Shown piece by piece: positions 42,711 to 56,439 of a stretch of 64,000 bases of DNA (its first letter is position 1; every line of letters begins with the position of its first letter). Origin of the DNA: Octopus vulgaris (Eukaryota); assembly GCA_951406725.2 (NCBI GenBank), contig OX597814.1:36952001-37016000 (forward strand). The letters are read 5' to 3'. The translations under genes were made by a program, and so were the position numbers. Under the pieces are notes generated by a model that was given only the letters and a program-made list of their open reading frames with translations, was not told where the DNA came from and searched no databases.

Positions 42711-43020
42711 CACCTTGATCACCTTGACAGACCAGTCCGTAGGGCATCCAATTGACCCCGCTGGTCACAGCACACTTTCCACTGCTCTCTCGATCACGCC
42801 TTTCTCATCCACGTGATTCCAATCGCCCTCCTGAAATCGTAACTCCACCGTCGTGGAGGCCTTCCGAGTGCGCGGGTCCACTTATTATCGGTGAGCCGAG
42901 CGACGTGTCCAGACCATCTAAACTTGCTATATGTATATTCTACGATGACATCCCTCACGCCATACTTCTCTCCGATGACCTCGCTACTGATGTGCTCTCT
43001 CAACGAGATTCCAAGCACGT
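42711..43020 (-). mobile_element. RTE-clade LINE 3' end with tandem-repeat tail
   Basis: MLGISLREHISSEVIGEKYGVRDVIVEY..SKFRWSGHVARLTDNKWT..GRPPRRW; tail (TCAAGGTGA)2 running into (TA)n. Confidence 0.9.
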
Positions 43021-43029
43021 TTGGTTACC

Positions 43030-43800
43030 ATGGCAGAGGCGAGGCGGCTCTACATCGGAAGCAGCCTATTCTGGAAGAAGGAGAAAAAGAAATGTACCTG
43101 GATATTGCCGAACTCTGAGTACTGAAACGAGACTGACTACATCCTGGTTGATAAGCGACGCATATTACAATTACGTCTCCGTCGTGACACCGGCAGCAAT
43201 CATCGTCTGGTAAGGGAGAGGGCCGTCATCAACGAGAAGAGGGAGAAGAAGGCGCTGCATTTGGATTCAAAAGGAAAACGTATCCGAGTCTACAACGAGG
43301 CGAAGCTGCAAGAAGCCATCATGCAGGAAAACGGGTACGAAGCAGACGACATAGACGATGACTACAACTCACTGATAGGGAAACTGAAGGAGTGTTTAAG
43401 GAAGGCTAAGGGAGTGTGTCGAAGAGAAGCAGGGAAGAATCTGGAAGGAAAGTACGAAGTTACTCGAGAATAGGAAAAATATGAAGTGGATTATTGAAGA
43501 TCATCTTGAATATTCTCTTCTCAGCAGAGTGATTCGTCAGCAACTAGAGTGAGACTTCGAGGCATACCAGATGGAGAAGCTCTTGAAAACCACAAACGAA
43601 AAGAAGAGCCTCAAGAAATGCAAGAGGGACATGATACTATATAGATCGGAGGTGACGACCTTGAAGAATACAAATGGAATACCGGTCAACGATAAGAACG
43701 AGATGGAAAAAGTTCGCGGAGACTTCTACTCAAAGCTCTTCAAGTCTACCAGAAATGTCCAGCCGTTACCATCACTCCAACAGGGAGAAAATGTGCCATA
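43030..43800 (+). mobile_element. RTE-clade LINE APE-end and linker fragment (inverted relative to the adjacent 3' end)
   Basis: TGSNHRLVR (SDH motif), DDIDDDYNSLIGKL.., KKSLKKCKRD..EMEKVRGDFYSKLFKS. Confidence 0.85.
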
Positions 43801-43823
43801 TGTATATATATATATATAGATAG

Positions 43824-43864
<41 letters not shown>

Positions 43865-44211
43865 CAGATATATATATATATATGTGTGTGTATCGAGAGA
43901 GAGAGAGAGAGAGAGAGAGAAGGAGAGAGAGGGAAAGAGAGAAGGCTGTTTGCTCTGGTCGGTCAGAGAGAGAACATTCGCTTCGCACCTATAAAGTACT
44001 TAGCAGTATATGTACGAAACCAGCAGTCACTCTCTGACCGGCTAAAACCAGCGACCTACTTTGAATATTACTGCTCTAATGTTTTAGAGAGTGCCTCTTT
44101 TCGGATTTATAAACTACTGACCTATATACACACACACACACACTCACACACGCACACACGCATATATTTCTATACCTATGTATGTTTGTATATGTGTGTA
44201 TATGCGTAGAC

Positions 44212-44248
<37 letters not shown>

Positions 44249-44288
44249 TATATGCATATATGTGTATAAATATGTATATATATATAAA

Positions 44289-44351
<63 letters not shown>

Positions 44352-46629
44352 TCAAACAAATACACACCAAAAATTTTGCATCTTTGTAACTAAAAAACTC
44401 AATCAACAAGCAGCATAGAGTTCCATATATATATACGCAAGTGCATTCCATTACAATCGCCAGAATACAGAACCGCACTTATTATAGAAACGTTTAAATC
44501 AATCTATATTGTGTTTTATTAAGTGAATAATATGCATGCACAATTATAATGTTAAAGAAGTAAATTATATTGATTGGAACTCGACAAAGTATAGTTAACA
44601 ATAACTGTCTCCATTAGTTGGCATTTTGTTTTATTGATTTCGCGACATGCAAACCGAATGAATGAATGTATACTCACGCAATTATTATGCAGGCGCCTTG
44701 TTGCAATTAAACTTTTATGGCAATCAATTTGAATGTTTAACATTCATTTTGTACAATTAAATATTAAGATTTATTTATTTATTTTAAGGTATCGTTAAGA
44801 AGGCGGTCGTTATTCGCAGTATAACTGTAATATATTTATGATCATGTATTCCATAATTTTATTGAAGTGGATAACCGTTCTACTAGTTTTAACTGTTCGT
44901 TAATATATACATATGCATACATACGTACACTCACACACACGCACATACACACACAGAAGCACACACACATACACACATGCAAACACACATGCAAACACAC
45001 ACATATGTATTTAATTCTATGTTACTTTGCGGGATTTGTTCAGTTATATGTTGATGAATAAATATTAAGAATTACAATATAGTTACTTATAGGGAGTAGG
45101 ATTTTGTCGTGGTTTGGATATACGTTTTATTGAATAGCATCTTTGTCTAAGACTGAATCATTTCCAATAATGTTATCCAAGTGTCATTGGAGGAACTTTT
45201 TTTATTATCTTACCCTCTTCAGTACAAAACGTTATTGCTTTCCTGAACACACTTAAACACCTCTGCCTTAAAACAACAGCTCTTCTATTATTCTCTGTAT
45301 CTATAGTTTTGGCTTTCATATATTTAATAACACTTGAAGAGAGATCATTCTTGGTTTTATCGAATAGGCTGCTATTTTTGTTTCAACAGCCAGATTTACC
45401 CTATATGTAATATCTTACCGGAGCGCCCTGTGAGGCCAAGTCACCTTAATTTTGGGATAATCTTTCTGGAAATAATGTTTTTTTGTAAATGTGTTGTGAG
45501 TTTTTGAAATGCTTTGTATTGAACGGAGATGAATGCTTAAAAATAACATGAAACACCTGACTGTAGCATAGGGCATTTATCTAAGTAGCAATACTTAATT
45601 CTTCATTCTAATATCCCTTACCTACCTCGTTGAATAGGTGCATTGTTAATTATTTGATTGGTACATATGTGTATGATTGACTATCTCTGTCTCTCTCTAT
45701 CGCTCTGTGTAAGTGTGTGCGTAAACAAACACAAAGAATCTCACCTACTAACACAAATTTATATTGGTGACAATCTAAACAAAATTTGATACTAGTCAGA
45801 AGCCATCAGTTTTTTTCTGTCAAATGCCCTGTCGACACATTACTCACTTAGAATTTACTGCGTTACGTATAGAAAAAGAAATTAATATTATTAGTGATAG
45901 TATCATTAAACGATAAAAGTTTCTTAAATATTTTCTTGCTCTGAAATAGCAAGACGTCCCGCAAAAAAGTGAAACAAATTAAATACACAAAATGTTATTA
46001 GATAATTACAACTAATGAATTGATCTTTCTATTTCAAATCTGGCTGAAAAGGATTGATTATTTCATTAAAAACAATATCATTCTACAATCAGTTTCCTTA
46101 GTGAATACACAAATCACAACGTCGAGATTTACCGGTTAAATTTGCTGAGAAATTAATCATATCACTAATTGCATATTAATTATTATATCTCGTTTTAAGA
46201 TATCAAAATATATAAAAAATGTAAAATTAAATTGCTGCTTAACTCATAACATTTAGTAATTAATTTTGCAATACATGGTTTTTCGTCCGTTTAAACTCTG
46301 GGTACATCGTTTACAATATCGGCGTTGCATCAAAAAAGCTGAAATCAATCCGTTTTCTATTTAAAGTTCTTTAACTAATGCTACAAGAGCTATCAAGATT
46401 TATCAAGAGCTATCAAGCTTGAGTATAAGTATCTTACAGATACCATAGAAATTTAAGTGGAAAGTAACAGCCCTAGAAAACGTGTTTGAGGTTTGAATTA
46501 GGGTATGTACTGTGGTGAGAAGATGATGCAGCTACTTTCTAGTGAATCGCCTTATTCGTTTATATATAGATTATACATTTACATCGAAACGTTACAATTT
46601 ACTTCATACATTTTATTACACGAATCTGA

Positions 46630-47010
46630 TGATGGGCAGGTTAGAGATCTTCAGAGCTGATCTAGAGTGGGTTCTTCTTGGTCTTGGCTGTGAGAATGTG
46701 ACCCTTATGCCTCTTGTACGAGTCGTTTGTAAAATCCTCATTCAAGGCCAGCTCCATGGTAGTCGCTCCAACATTCATCTCTCGCGCCAAATCCCAGATT
46801 CCGGCTTGTAGATGCTGTCAGAAAGCCTTCCTGCCCGTTCCTGCTGGCCGCAGCTTCATACACTCCGTTACAAGTGTCCATGTCATAACTTACAGCCTTT
46901 ACTCTGTTCACAGAACATAGAGCAGCAATCCTGGTGTCGGCATTTTGATATCCAGCATGAATCATCATGATGCAAATAACATTTTTTTGCAATATCAGAT
47001 GGCTTCTAGT
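46630..47010 (-). mobile_element. Tc1/mariner-superfamily transposase N-terminal HTH remnant
   Basis: MMIHAGYQNAD..CSVNRVKAV.. then IWDLAREMNVGATTMELALNEDF..SYKRHKGHILTAKTKKNPL (frameshifted). Confidence 0.75.
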
Positions 47011-47708
47011 CCCCGAAATCACGTAACGTATTCTCAATTACAAGCTTAATCTTTATTATCTCCAACGCCGTTGACTTTTCACTAATATATCAGGCTGGAG
47101 TTGTAATCTAAATGAAAGAGTTGTAACCAAGTAGAAGAAAATGATTTCTAAGAACTCCCCCACCCCAGAAACATCCGTGGTAAAATTCGAAATCAATTTT
47201 AGGATTTCTAACAGATCACACACAATTGTAAACTTTACTTCTTAGTTCATATCAGTTTTAAAGGAAAAACTTCGAAGCAGGATATATATATTGGGAAAGT
47301 TAAGAAAACTTTCCATACAAGTAATACACTTTTGTCACTACGGAGACATATTTAACTTCTAATATCTTCTTTTGTCCGCTCCTCAGAGAGTATGTTCATT
47401 TGCAGACATTTTAGGGTTTCTCATTCTTTTATATGTCAATTTCTTCATTTAAACTTTCATTTCTATGTTTACCCGTTCTTTGTAAATGTGGTTTATATCA
47501 TTCAACATTTTCAAATTAACCATCATAATTTCACGCTTTCTTTTACCATTTTCTCTCCGATGCCTTCTCATTGTGTTTACAACATTATCTTCAAATAGTA
47601 TTAATTTTCATTCATGAAGTACTTAAAATATAATGTTTTTATTTCCATTTCTCACTCTTTATCTCGCTCAAGATTTATATCCATATATATGCAAATAGCC
47701 ATACACAA

Positions 47709-47779
47709 ACACAGACAGATGGACACACTCTCCCATATATATTTGTAGATATACGCAAACATTAATATTTAGGTGTATT

Positions 47780-47851
<72 letters not shown>

Positions 47852-47860
47852 CATACTCAC

Positions 47861-47893
<33 letters not shown>

Positions 47894-47961
47894 TATGTAT
47901 ATATATCCCGTGATCACGTGACCGCGTGATATATATATATGTATATATATATGTATATATG

Positions 47962-47999
<38 letters not shown>

Positions 48000-48070
48000 A
48001 ATACATATAAATATTAATGTTTGCGTATATCTACAAATATATATGGGAGAGTGTGTCCATCTGTCTGTGT
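47709..48070. repeat. Inverted duplication enclosing (TA)n and a central GTGATCAC motif
   Basis: 47709-47781 is the reverse complement of ~47997-48070; centre cccgtgatcacgtgaccgcgtg at ~47907-47928. Confidence 0.9.
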
Positions 48071-48073
48071 CCA

Positions 48074-48137
<64 letters not shown>

Positions 48138-48646
48138 TACATATGTATATATACGCATAAAAACTCTCACACAAACCTACATATTGTATGTATATACGAA
48201 TGTATATCTATCTTCCTTATATTCACTCATTAAATTTTGTAATTGGGGGACAGTTTCACGATTTTAAAATTTAGTTAGCCATGCAATCAAAATGAGTGCA
48301 ACGAATGGAATGAAGTACCATTTATGAAGAATCTTTACAATTATGGAAAATTTAGAGATGTATTATTTCATTTTCACTCAAGCTGGTCAGGCAGAAACAA
48401 ATTTGCTATATATAGAAAGATAGGCTGCGTAGATAGATGGATGAAAGACAATTCAGAGACGTAGACAATAGTTTGATACAGGTATAAATAGTCTTGCGTT
48501 TCCGTACTTAGACGGCGATTCAGATTGTAGACAAAAATACCATCACACGCACTTAAATACAATTACATACATAGACACTTACATATATATTAATTTATAT
48601 GTTGCTGCTTTTAGCCATTGTTTTGTGGACTTACTGATTATCGACA

Positions 48647-48687
<41 letters not shown>

Positions 48688-49051
48688 GCTCTATCCTAAT
48701 ACCTAACAATCTCTATCTCCCTCTCACTGTATACACACACATATGTACATATATAATACTGGCCAGCGAGTATGTCCTTGGTTCATGTTCCATGTTTGCT
48801 CTAAATTTTTAAGTCCCTAAAGTGTTTTTAGAAGATACCTAATTCAACGTAAGAAGTTTGTGGTACTCTGAGCGATGTACAACAGAAGCTACTCCCGATC
48901 GCTACTAATTTCCAAATGAGTATAGTTTAGCAACGTGAAATGACGTGTATAATAACGAACAGTATGTCACAAGTTTACATTATTGAATCAAAGCCCTAAT
49001 GATCGCTAGCTGACCATCAGAACGACTACTCCATATAACTACCGTAAAGTT

Positions 49052-49107
<56 letters not shown>

Positions 49108-49134
49108 TATACACTTATATATACATACATACTG

Positions 49135-49430
49135 AAGATGTGTGGTTTAGCAGTTAGAGCATCCGACTCACGATCGTGACGTCTTGAGATTGTTTCCCTC
49201 GGCTGCATTGTCTCCTTGAGCAAGACACTTTATATCCTGTTTCTCCAGTGCACTCGGCTGGCAAAAATGGGAAGTAACTGTAGATCTGCGTGTGAGCATT
49301 GTCACGCAGAATGTCGCGCTGAATCTCTCTCAAAATTACAATAAGGCTACGCATGTCTGTGGAGTCTTCGGCCATATGAATGCTGTTCGATTAATCGGAT
49401 CAACTGGATCATCCGTCGTCATAACGTCAA
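49135..49430 (+). mobile_element. tRNA-derived SINE (degenerate)
   Basis: tggtttagcagttagagcatccgactcacgatcgtg head, then tccttgagcaagacactt core; lies between (CA)n tracts. Confidence 0.7.
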
Positions 49431-50009
49431 ACATACACACACACACACACACACACACATACACACACACTCGCGCACACACTCACATACACATATATTT
49501 TTGGTGAAAGCGGGGTGTAAATACGTAGAATGCCAACGTTGTTAAAATTCCACTTCATATATTCGAAAGTGAGTACACTGTTTCAAATCGCGTAACTTAC
49601 TGGAAATGTTGTTTCTTCTACCACTGTTTTTATTTATATACTTTATATTTTGAAAAAAAATTGATGTTTTACACAGTTTAAATGGGTCCGTAACTTTTAG
49701 GATGTTCTAGTATATCTAGTATATTTTTTATCATTTGCGAATGTCATTCATTGGCCCCATTAAAAATAGAAACAAATGTCAACACAGGCAAAGGAATAAC
49801 CATTTTCTATCTTGTACGTTATTGGAAAATGCGTAGTAAGGTTTGGAGGAGATGATTCCTTTTCTTTGGTAATGATGAATGTATATAATGTTAATGTTAC
49901 AATATATATATATATATAGTTTTACTGATTCATAATTTTCTGTCTGATATTGTTGTAGAAACGATAGCTCTAAGTATATATATATGACTTGATTATTTCT
50001 TTTTTTATC

Positions 50010-50316
50010 TATGCGCCTTTTACAATCTAAGCCAGGCCCATGGGCCCAGTTTCCCGGTTTCTGTGGCGTATATATCCCCTCGCCCCGGCTGGACGGGACA
50101 CCAATCCATCGCAGCGTTACTCAAGAAACGAAGAAAGAGTGAGAGAAAGTTGGGGCAAAAGAGTACAACAAGGGTCTCCACCACTCCCTGCCAGAGCTTC
50201 GTGGAGCTTTAGGTGTTTTTGCTCAATAAACACACACAACGGCCGGTCTGGGAATCGAAACCGCGATCCTCTGACCGCGATTCCGCTGCCCTAACCACTG
50301 GGCCAATGCGCCCCCA
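50010..50316 (-). mobile_element. tRNA-derived SINE
   Basis: Minus head ggggcgcattggcccagtggttagggcagcggaatcgcggtcagaggatcgcggtttcgattccc with A-box and B-box. Confidence 0.85.
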
Positions 50317-50341
50317 CTTGATATCAATATATAAATAATGA

Positions 50342-50556
50342 AGACGGTGAAGTGGCTGAATCATAAGTTCTCCGGGGAAAATGCTTAGTGGCATTTCGAT
50401 CATCTTTAGACTCTGGGTTCAAATTCCGCCGAGGTTGACTTTGCCTTTCATCATCTCGGGAACGAATAAATATGTACCATTTCAGAACTGATGTAATCGA
50501 CTTAGCCTTCACCAACCCGAACTTGCTGGCCTTGTGCCAAAATTTCAAACCTATTA
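50342..50556 (+). mobile_element. Nin-domain SINE (OR-like)
   Basis: ggttcaaattccgccgaggttgactttgcctttcatc core; ggccttgtgccaaaatttcaaacc tail. Confidence 0.85.
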
Positions 50557-50599
50557 TATAAACAGTAAACTATGTTGTTTGAAATTACCAACGAATGAA

Positions 50600-51022
50600 T
50601 AGGCACAGGTGTAGCTGGGTGGTAAGTAGCTTGCTTACCAACCACGTGGTTCCGGGTTCATTTCCACTGCGTGGCACCTTGGGTGAATGCCTTCTACTAT
50701 AGCCTCGAGCCGACCAAAGCCTTGTGAGTGGATTTGGTAGACGGAAACTGAAAGAAGCCTTTCGTATATATGCATATATATATATATATTTTTGTGTATG
50801 TATGTGTGTGTGTATGTTTGTGTGTCTGTGTTTTTCCCACCCCAACATCACTTGATAACCGATGTTCTTGTGTTTGCGTACCCGTAACTTAGTGGTTCGG
50901 CAAAAGAGACCGAGCGGATAAGTACTAGGCTTACAAAGAATAAGTCCTGGGGTCGATTTGCTCGACAAAAGCGTGTGCTCCAGCATCGCCACAGTCAAAT
51001 GACTGAAACAAGTAAAAGAATA
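50600..51022 (+). mobile_element. OK-like SINE, near full length
   Basis: tRNA head gtagctgggtggtaagtagcttgctt..ggttccgggttcatttcc, internal (TA)/(TG) tract, 3' gactgaaacaagtaaaagaataa. Confidence 0.88.
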
Positions 51023-53799
51023 ATGTGCTGAAGTTAAGACATTTAAAAAGGCGAAATTATTGTAAAAAGTTATTTGAATGCAAAGCAGCTTCTTTATAAA
51101 ATTAATGATTCCATCTCATTTTAGGATCTCGCAGTCGTTGTTCTATATTTGTGCAACATATCGCAAAACTTTCCAGAAAAGACGTTTTGTGTGAGATTAA
51201 GTTGAGAAAAGCTATAGTTTGATTTCAAATGCATAATTGAATTAGATAATACCACCAATGAACGCATGGGTACATTTACAAAAATATGCATATATTCATT
51301 TACACATCAGTTGAAACTAATCATCAAATACACATTCTTTTAATAGAATGACAAATAATGATAATTGTTTTAAAGTATACTACGAGTTTACACAGACCCA
51401 CGTCATACTTTATAACTAGTATCCCGATTTACAGGCTATTTTAGGCTGAAAGAACAAAATTACTATTAAACAAAAAGTTCCATTAAACGCTGAGTTCCAT
51501 TGGTTTTCATTTTTAGGTAGGGACCGGCATGCAATGAAGTTCCCCAATAAAGTTTCCTCGAGAATAGAAACCGCGACCTTACGATCACGAATCCATCTAA
51601 CTAATGGCTAGGTTTCACTCCTTTGCTAATACCATGAAGGCTAAACATTCATCAATTTTAGCCGACCAAATTTTGTTTGATTCTCATATAAAGAACGTCA
51701 TTGCCAAAACTCATATAAGACATCAGCAATCGCTTAATGACGGCATCTAATTTTCTTCCAATGTACAATACAGTAATAGAAGGATAATAGGACATAAATA
51801 TGTCTACTTTATCCGCGTACATATGAAATAATCAACTCGGAGTACACTTGATGTCCCGCTTAAAATATTGAACACGTTGAAAATCAGAGATGTCGTTCTC
51901 GGTTTTGTCAACAATTATCGTTAATGCTCAGTATTTTGTGCTAATTATGAGAGTTCCTTCCTTCATCGAATACTTATGTGAAGTACGCTAGGCCTCAAGT
52001 ATCTATATGAAGTAACATATATATTCGGTTTAAAAGCCTGTCTGGAAATAGAAGTGAATTGCTGTAACTTCTGGCAGTAAAACAGATGTTTTCTGCTAAC
52101 TCCTATTAATTTCCTGTCAAAATATAAAATAAAACATATAAATATAGACGCTGAAATATCGGCCCAGAAGGCAAACCACTTCTATTCAAGATCCTATTAT
52201 TTAAATTAAGCTCATATCTAAATAGATGCGATAAAAATAGAAGTTCTGTAACGATTTGATCAGTAATAACTTGCTCTATCAAATCTGAATGTCAATATAT
52301 TTTATTGCTATCCAATTTATTTTCAAAAGAATATATCGCTAGTATCTGAGATATTTAAATTGTAAAATAATTCATAAGTGGAATACACCCACCCACACAC
52401 ACATTCATATACACTCACACACACACGCGTATAGATTTATCATGTGTACGCAAATACGCATGTAAATGCATGGATATGTATTCAATAACATAACGCTAAG
52501 TTCGTGCACTCATATAAAATGATATAAATATGTACACGCTCACAATTCCCCATACTCACGTACACACAATTACAGCTTTATTATTACAAATACGTGTGCT
52601 CATACGCACCTTCACACACGCGCATACATCATATGCATAAACATTGAAAGTGCATATGTGAGATTAGGTTAGGTGTGTTCATATTCCTTGGCAATTTTCT
52701 ATAAACTAATAGCATTAATTCACGGGAAACTATGTTGAATGTTGAATATGAATGCATATTCCTTTTCAGCTATATAAGATATATCAGCTGAGATTTTATC
52801 TTTAAATACATTTTATTCCTCATTAAATCTAAACTTTTGAATGTACAAGTGTTTGCTACTTCAATATTTGTTTTGCTAATCCCTTTGAAGATTATTTGTT
52901 GCAATTATCATCACACCATTTTCTGAAGGAGTAAAATATTTCAAGAATTTCACTTTGCTTATGAGTGTATCAGAGCGTACATAAATTATAGAATTAAGGA
53001 TCTGATTCAATGTGTTATATAATTTGTATGTATATATGCTGGAATACAATTACGCTTTTATAGGTGTCTATGGATGCTTAAGTCACTTTATATTCATACA
53101 TTTCGTAATTTTTGCCGAGAATTCTGTGATAGTATTTCCTAGTTCATAAGCTGGATCATATATTTACATCTTGAAGTCTTCCCCTGCTGATGGAATATGT
53201 TTGCAATCAACGAAACATAATCTTACGTTCAGGATTAATGTAATGTTTCTCTCGCTCCATTCCATTTTCTTCAAATAGACAGTGTGGAAAAGGCTATAAT
53301 AAACATTTACATTTTTATCGAGTAATCACTAGGTTCTTTAAAACTCACTGATAAAGCCCAGTTTAGATACGTTGAGCGCGTACTGCCATGCACACAGAAC
53401 ATTATTTTGTATTTGCACCCCTGACACATAAACACAGATGCACACCCTCAAACACAGAGATTCACACGCGTCTTGACTCACACACACATACACACCACAA
53501 GCACAAACACTTACACTACCGCACACTTACAAACACACAGATATGCGTTGTTTCACTCACAATGCTTATATTGTGAATTTTGTGTTGTCGCACTTAGAAA
53601 TGACATATCAGTGTGAAAAAGATGAAATAAAATATAGGCAAGTATATGAGAGAATGAAAACGAAGAAAAAGGGCAATAGATGTTTTGTTACAGGTTTCGA
53701 TTTTAATATTTAAACGCATTATATAGACAGAGAGGGGAAAAAATTGCTTTGCACTTCTCGGTCTGTTGTTTTTTTGATTTTTGTCTTGACACTGCTGTC

Positions 53800-54200
53800 T
53801 ACTTGAATCACAGCCCGATGTCACCAGACCATTGACGACAGAGTTCTGCTATGAATCTACATCGTCGTTGTCTTTTGAAACTATTTCTGAGACAGATCTT
53901 ACCTGCTTGTATTCTGAGCTTCCTGATTAAATCTGCTAGCCGAAATTTTGCTTTTGACAGCAGAGCAATATAATCGGCAAAATCCAGCACACGAAATCCA
54001 TCCATCTTTGTTTTGTAGTGCTCCCTTTGATTGGTATCTTAATAATACTATCAGCTGTTTAGCGGAACAGGATATGTCAGCTAGAAAAGAGAGTCATGAC
54101 GAATAAAAGTAATGATAAATAAGTTATCATTATATGCATACTGTCCCTGACACGTCATCTATTTTTTTTATAATTTCTTGCAGATGTTGAAATATTGTTA
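53800..54200 (-). mobile_element. LINE RT fragment (RTE-like)
   Basis: VLDFADYIALLSK..LADLIRKLRIQAGKICLRNSFK matches the LDFADDIALL region. Confidence 0.7.
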
Positions 54201-55446
54201 GTCTACTTAGCATATTCCATTGAGAATTCTAATGTGATTGTCAGTGTATTCTACCAACACAGGCTCGAAAGACATTCCATTCAAAACACAAGAAGAGTGC
54301 ATTCTCAACTGTGTTCAGTGTACCACCAAAATTAATTTAAATTCATATTTAGCTCTCTGAAGGAGGACGTGTGGGGTTGTATAGAGCAGTTACTAATAAA
54401 TATCGGAAAATTATACAGTAGAGCACTACAAAACTTTGACTTAATTTTAACTAGCATATTAGGAAATATTCTATACTTTACCAATTTTAGTAGATTGTCA
54501 AAAGATTACAATTAGGGAAAGACGTGCAACAACTACAACCTTCTATTCAACAATTAACGAAGACTTGGTACACCAAATCACTCCTCAGAGGAAATAACAA
54601 GCATATCAAATCCGATACTCGCATTACCAAAAATGTTAGTACACTTTTGTCGTATTGTTAAGTGTGTAATCATCCCGGCTATGAAAACTTAGCTACTGTA
54701 AATGAATTCACAAACTTCTCGTATATTTCCTTTGAAAAATACCTGAAGCTGAGTTGTACAAATATCCACTTCAAACTTTGTTGCATCCAATTGTCTTAAA
54801 ATATTCACCGCATCAAAAGCCGATTGGATGGTATTGCCATACACTGTTGTACTATTCAATGACGAGCAGGCGACAACTCTGTGATTAAACTGGGAAGCAG
54901 TTTGATGACAATAATGGACCAACCGACAAAATTTAGATACTTCTCCTAGCACATGAAGTTGTTTTGTAACCGAAGTCATAGGTGAATTGAAAAGTTTACT
55001 GATTATCGTGTATTATGTTTTGCAATTTCCGCAGAAACATTCGCAGAATCGCAATACCAACAGCATTTGTTCATACCAATCGATGGGAAATTGCTTTACA
55101 AAAATTTCCCCGGGCGAAAAAGACCCAACAATTCTGGGGATGTCCAGATAATTAAAGCTTCATTTCCATTGACCCATACACAGAGCAAATATTTTCCCAC
55201 TCTTATTGCTAAAGAGCCACTTTGAATTAATACAGCATGAAATTCCATGGCTCTAATACCCGCAACTTCGTACGAACAATGTCTAACATGACTATTTTAG
55301 AACCTTCCTTTCCTTCATGTGGACATTTAAATTAATACTGAAATTTCTAATGAAGTCTCTCCAGAAATACACACACATGATCACACACACACACACACCC
55401 ACACCCACACACACACACACACACACACATAATCTAAGTATGTGAG

Positions 55447-55482
<36 letters not shown>

Positions 55483-55734
55483 TATGTATCATGTATGCAT
55501 GCATGAATGTATTTATGCATGTATATGTGTATCTATGTATGTCATTATTCAGAGAAAGAGGAGCCAGATTCAAATCTAGATCCAAAACTCCTTCATTGTA
55601 ATTTAAACAAGATCAACAGTGTATTTTTATATATATGCATATTATTTGTATATGTGCAGATTTGTATGTTTTGTTTTATATACATACTCTCATTCATATA
55701 GTTGCATGTCTAGACATACGTAAATTATAAATCC

Positions 55735-56345
55735 TGGAAAATTTTGCAAATTTTTACAGTTCCAGAGATGACTTGGACATTTAGTTTTCGGAACAGCTTC
55801 CTCCTTTCTGGTTTTCAGAAGCCTAATTAATCAAGATTGGCATTTAGGTAGTCTATTACATTGTAATTAGAGGTACAACCTGAACTTGTAATCTGGATCG
55901 AGTAGCTGTAGATTCCTCAATAGTTCAGCGTAGAGATTTCGTTTTCGGGTTTCTTAGCCTCATATTAACATTCGCTGGGCAACTGTTTTCCACAAATGAA
56001 CACAGTTTATCTTCTCCGTCCCAAATTACTGCCATGTCTATTATGTTTTCATTTTATTGAGGTTTTCACAGGGACATGTCTCCAGCACTACAGTTCCTAT
56101 TATGGGGTGGCTATGGACCCTACAATTCTGTAGGTGCTTTGGTGTCGGCCTTATCCTTCCGGCGTATCTCATCAGCTGCAACATCACATGTCCTCGGTAG
56201 TAAATACCGTAATCGCATTTTCGGCCAAATGTTTTTGATGTAGGTGATATCTTCGTTGTTAAGTCCACAAAGTCTGCATCGGTTATCGAATTCTGCTGCT
56301 TTTCATGCGTCTTTGTTCCTTTTGTGCATCAAGTACTTGGGTGAT
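55735..56345 (-). mobile_element. R4/Dong-like LINE 3' fragment (zinc knuckle and RLE)
   Basis: DNRCRLCGLNNEDIT..PKM..VPVKTSIK*KHNR..IWDGEDKLCSFVENSCPANVN..YAELLRNLQLLDPDYKFR..ISGTVKICKIF. Confidence 0.85.
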
Positions 56346-56439
56346 GATTTTGTTCCTGGATTGTATGTACACACACACACGCACACGCACATACACATAC
56401 ACACACACATATATATATATATATGTGTGTGTGTGTATA

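Noticed and set aside
28742-48267. Many ORFs rich in YIYI, VCVC or HTHT
   Set aside because: Translations of (TA)n, (TG)n and (CA)n microsatellites.
50245-50316. tRNA-like sequence
   Set aside because: Head of a SINE; no proper acceptor stem and continues into the SINE body.
55760-55830. Minus-strand CTGAAAA..CGAAA resembling a hammerhead
   Set aside because: Lies within the R4-like coding C-terminus; no stems.
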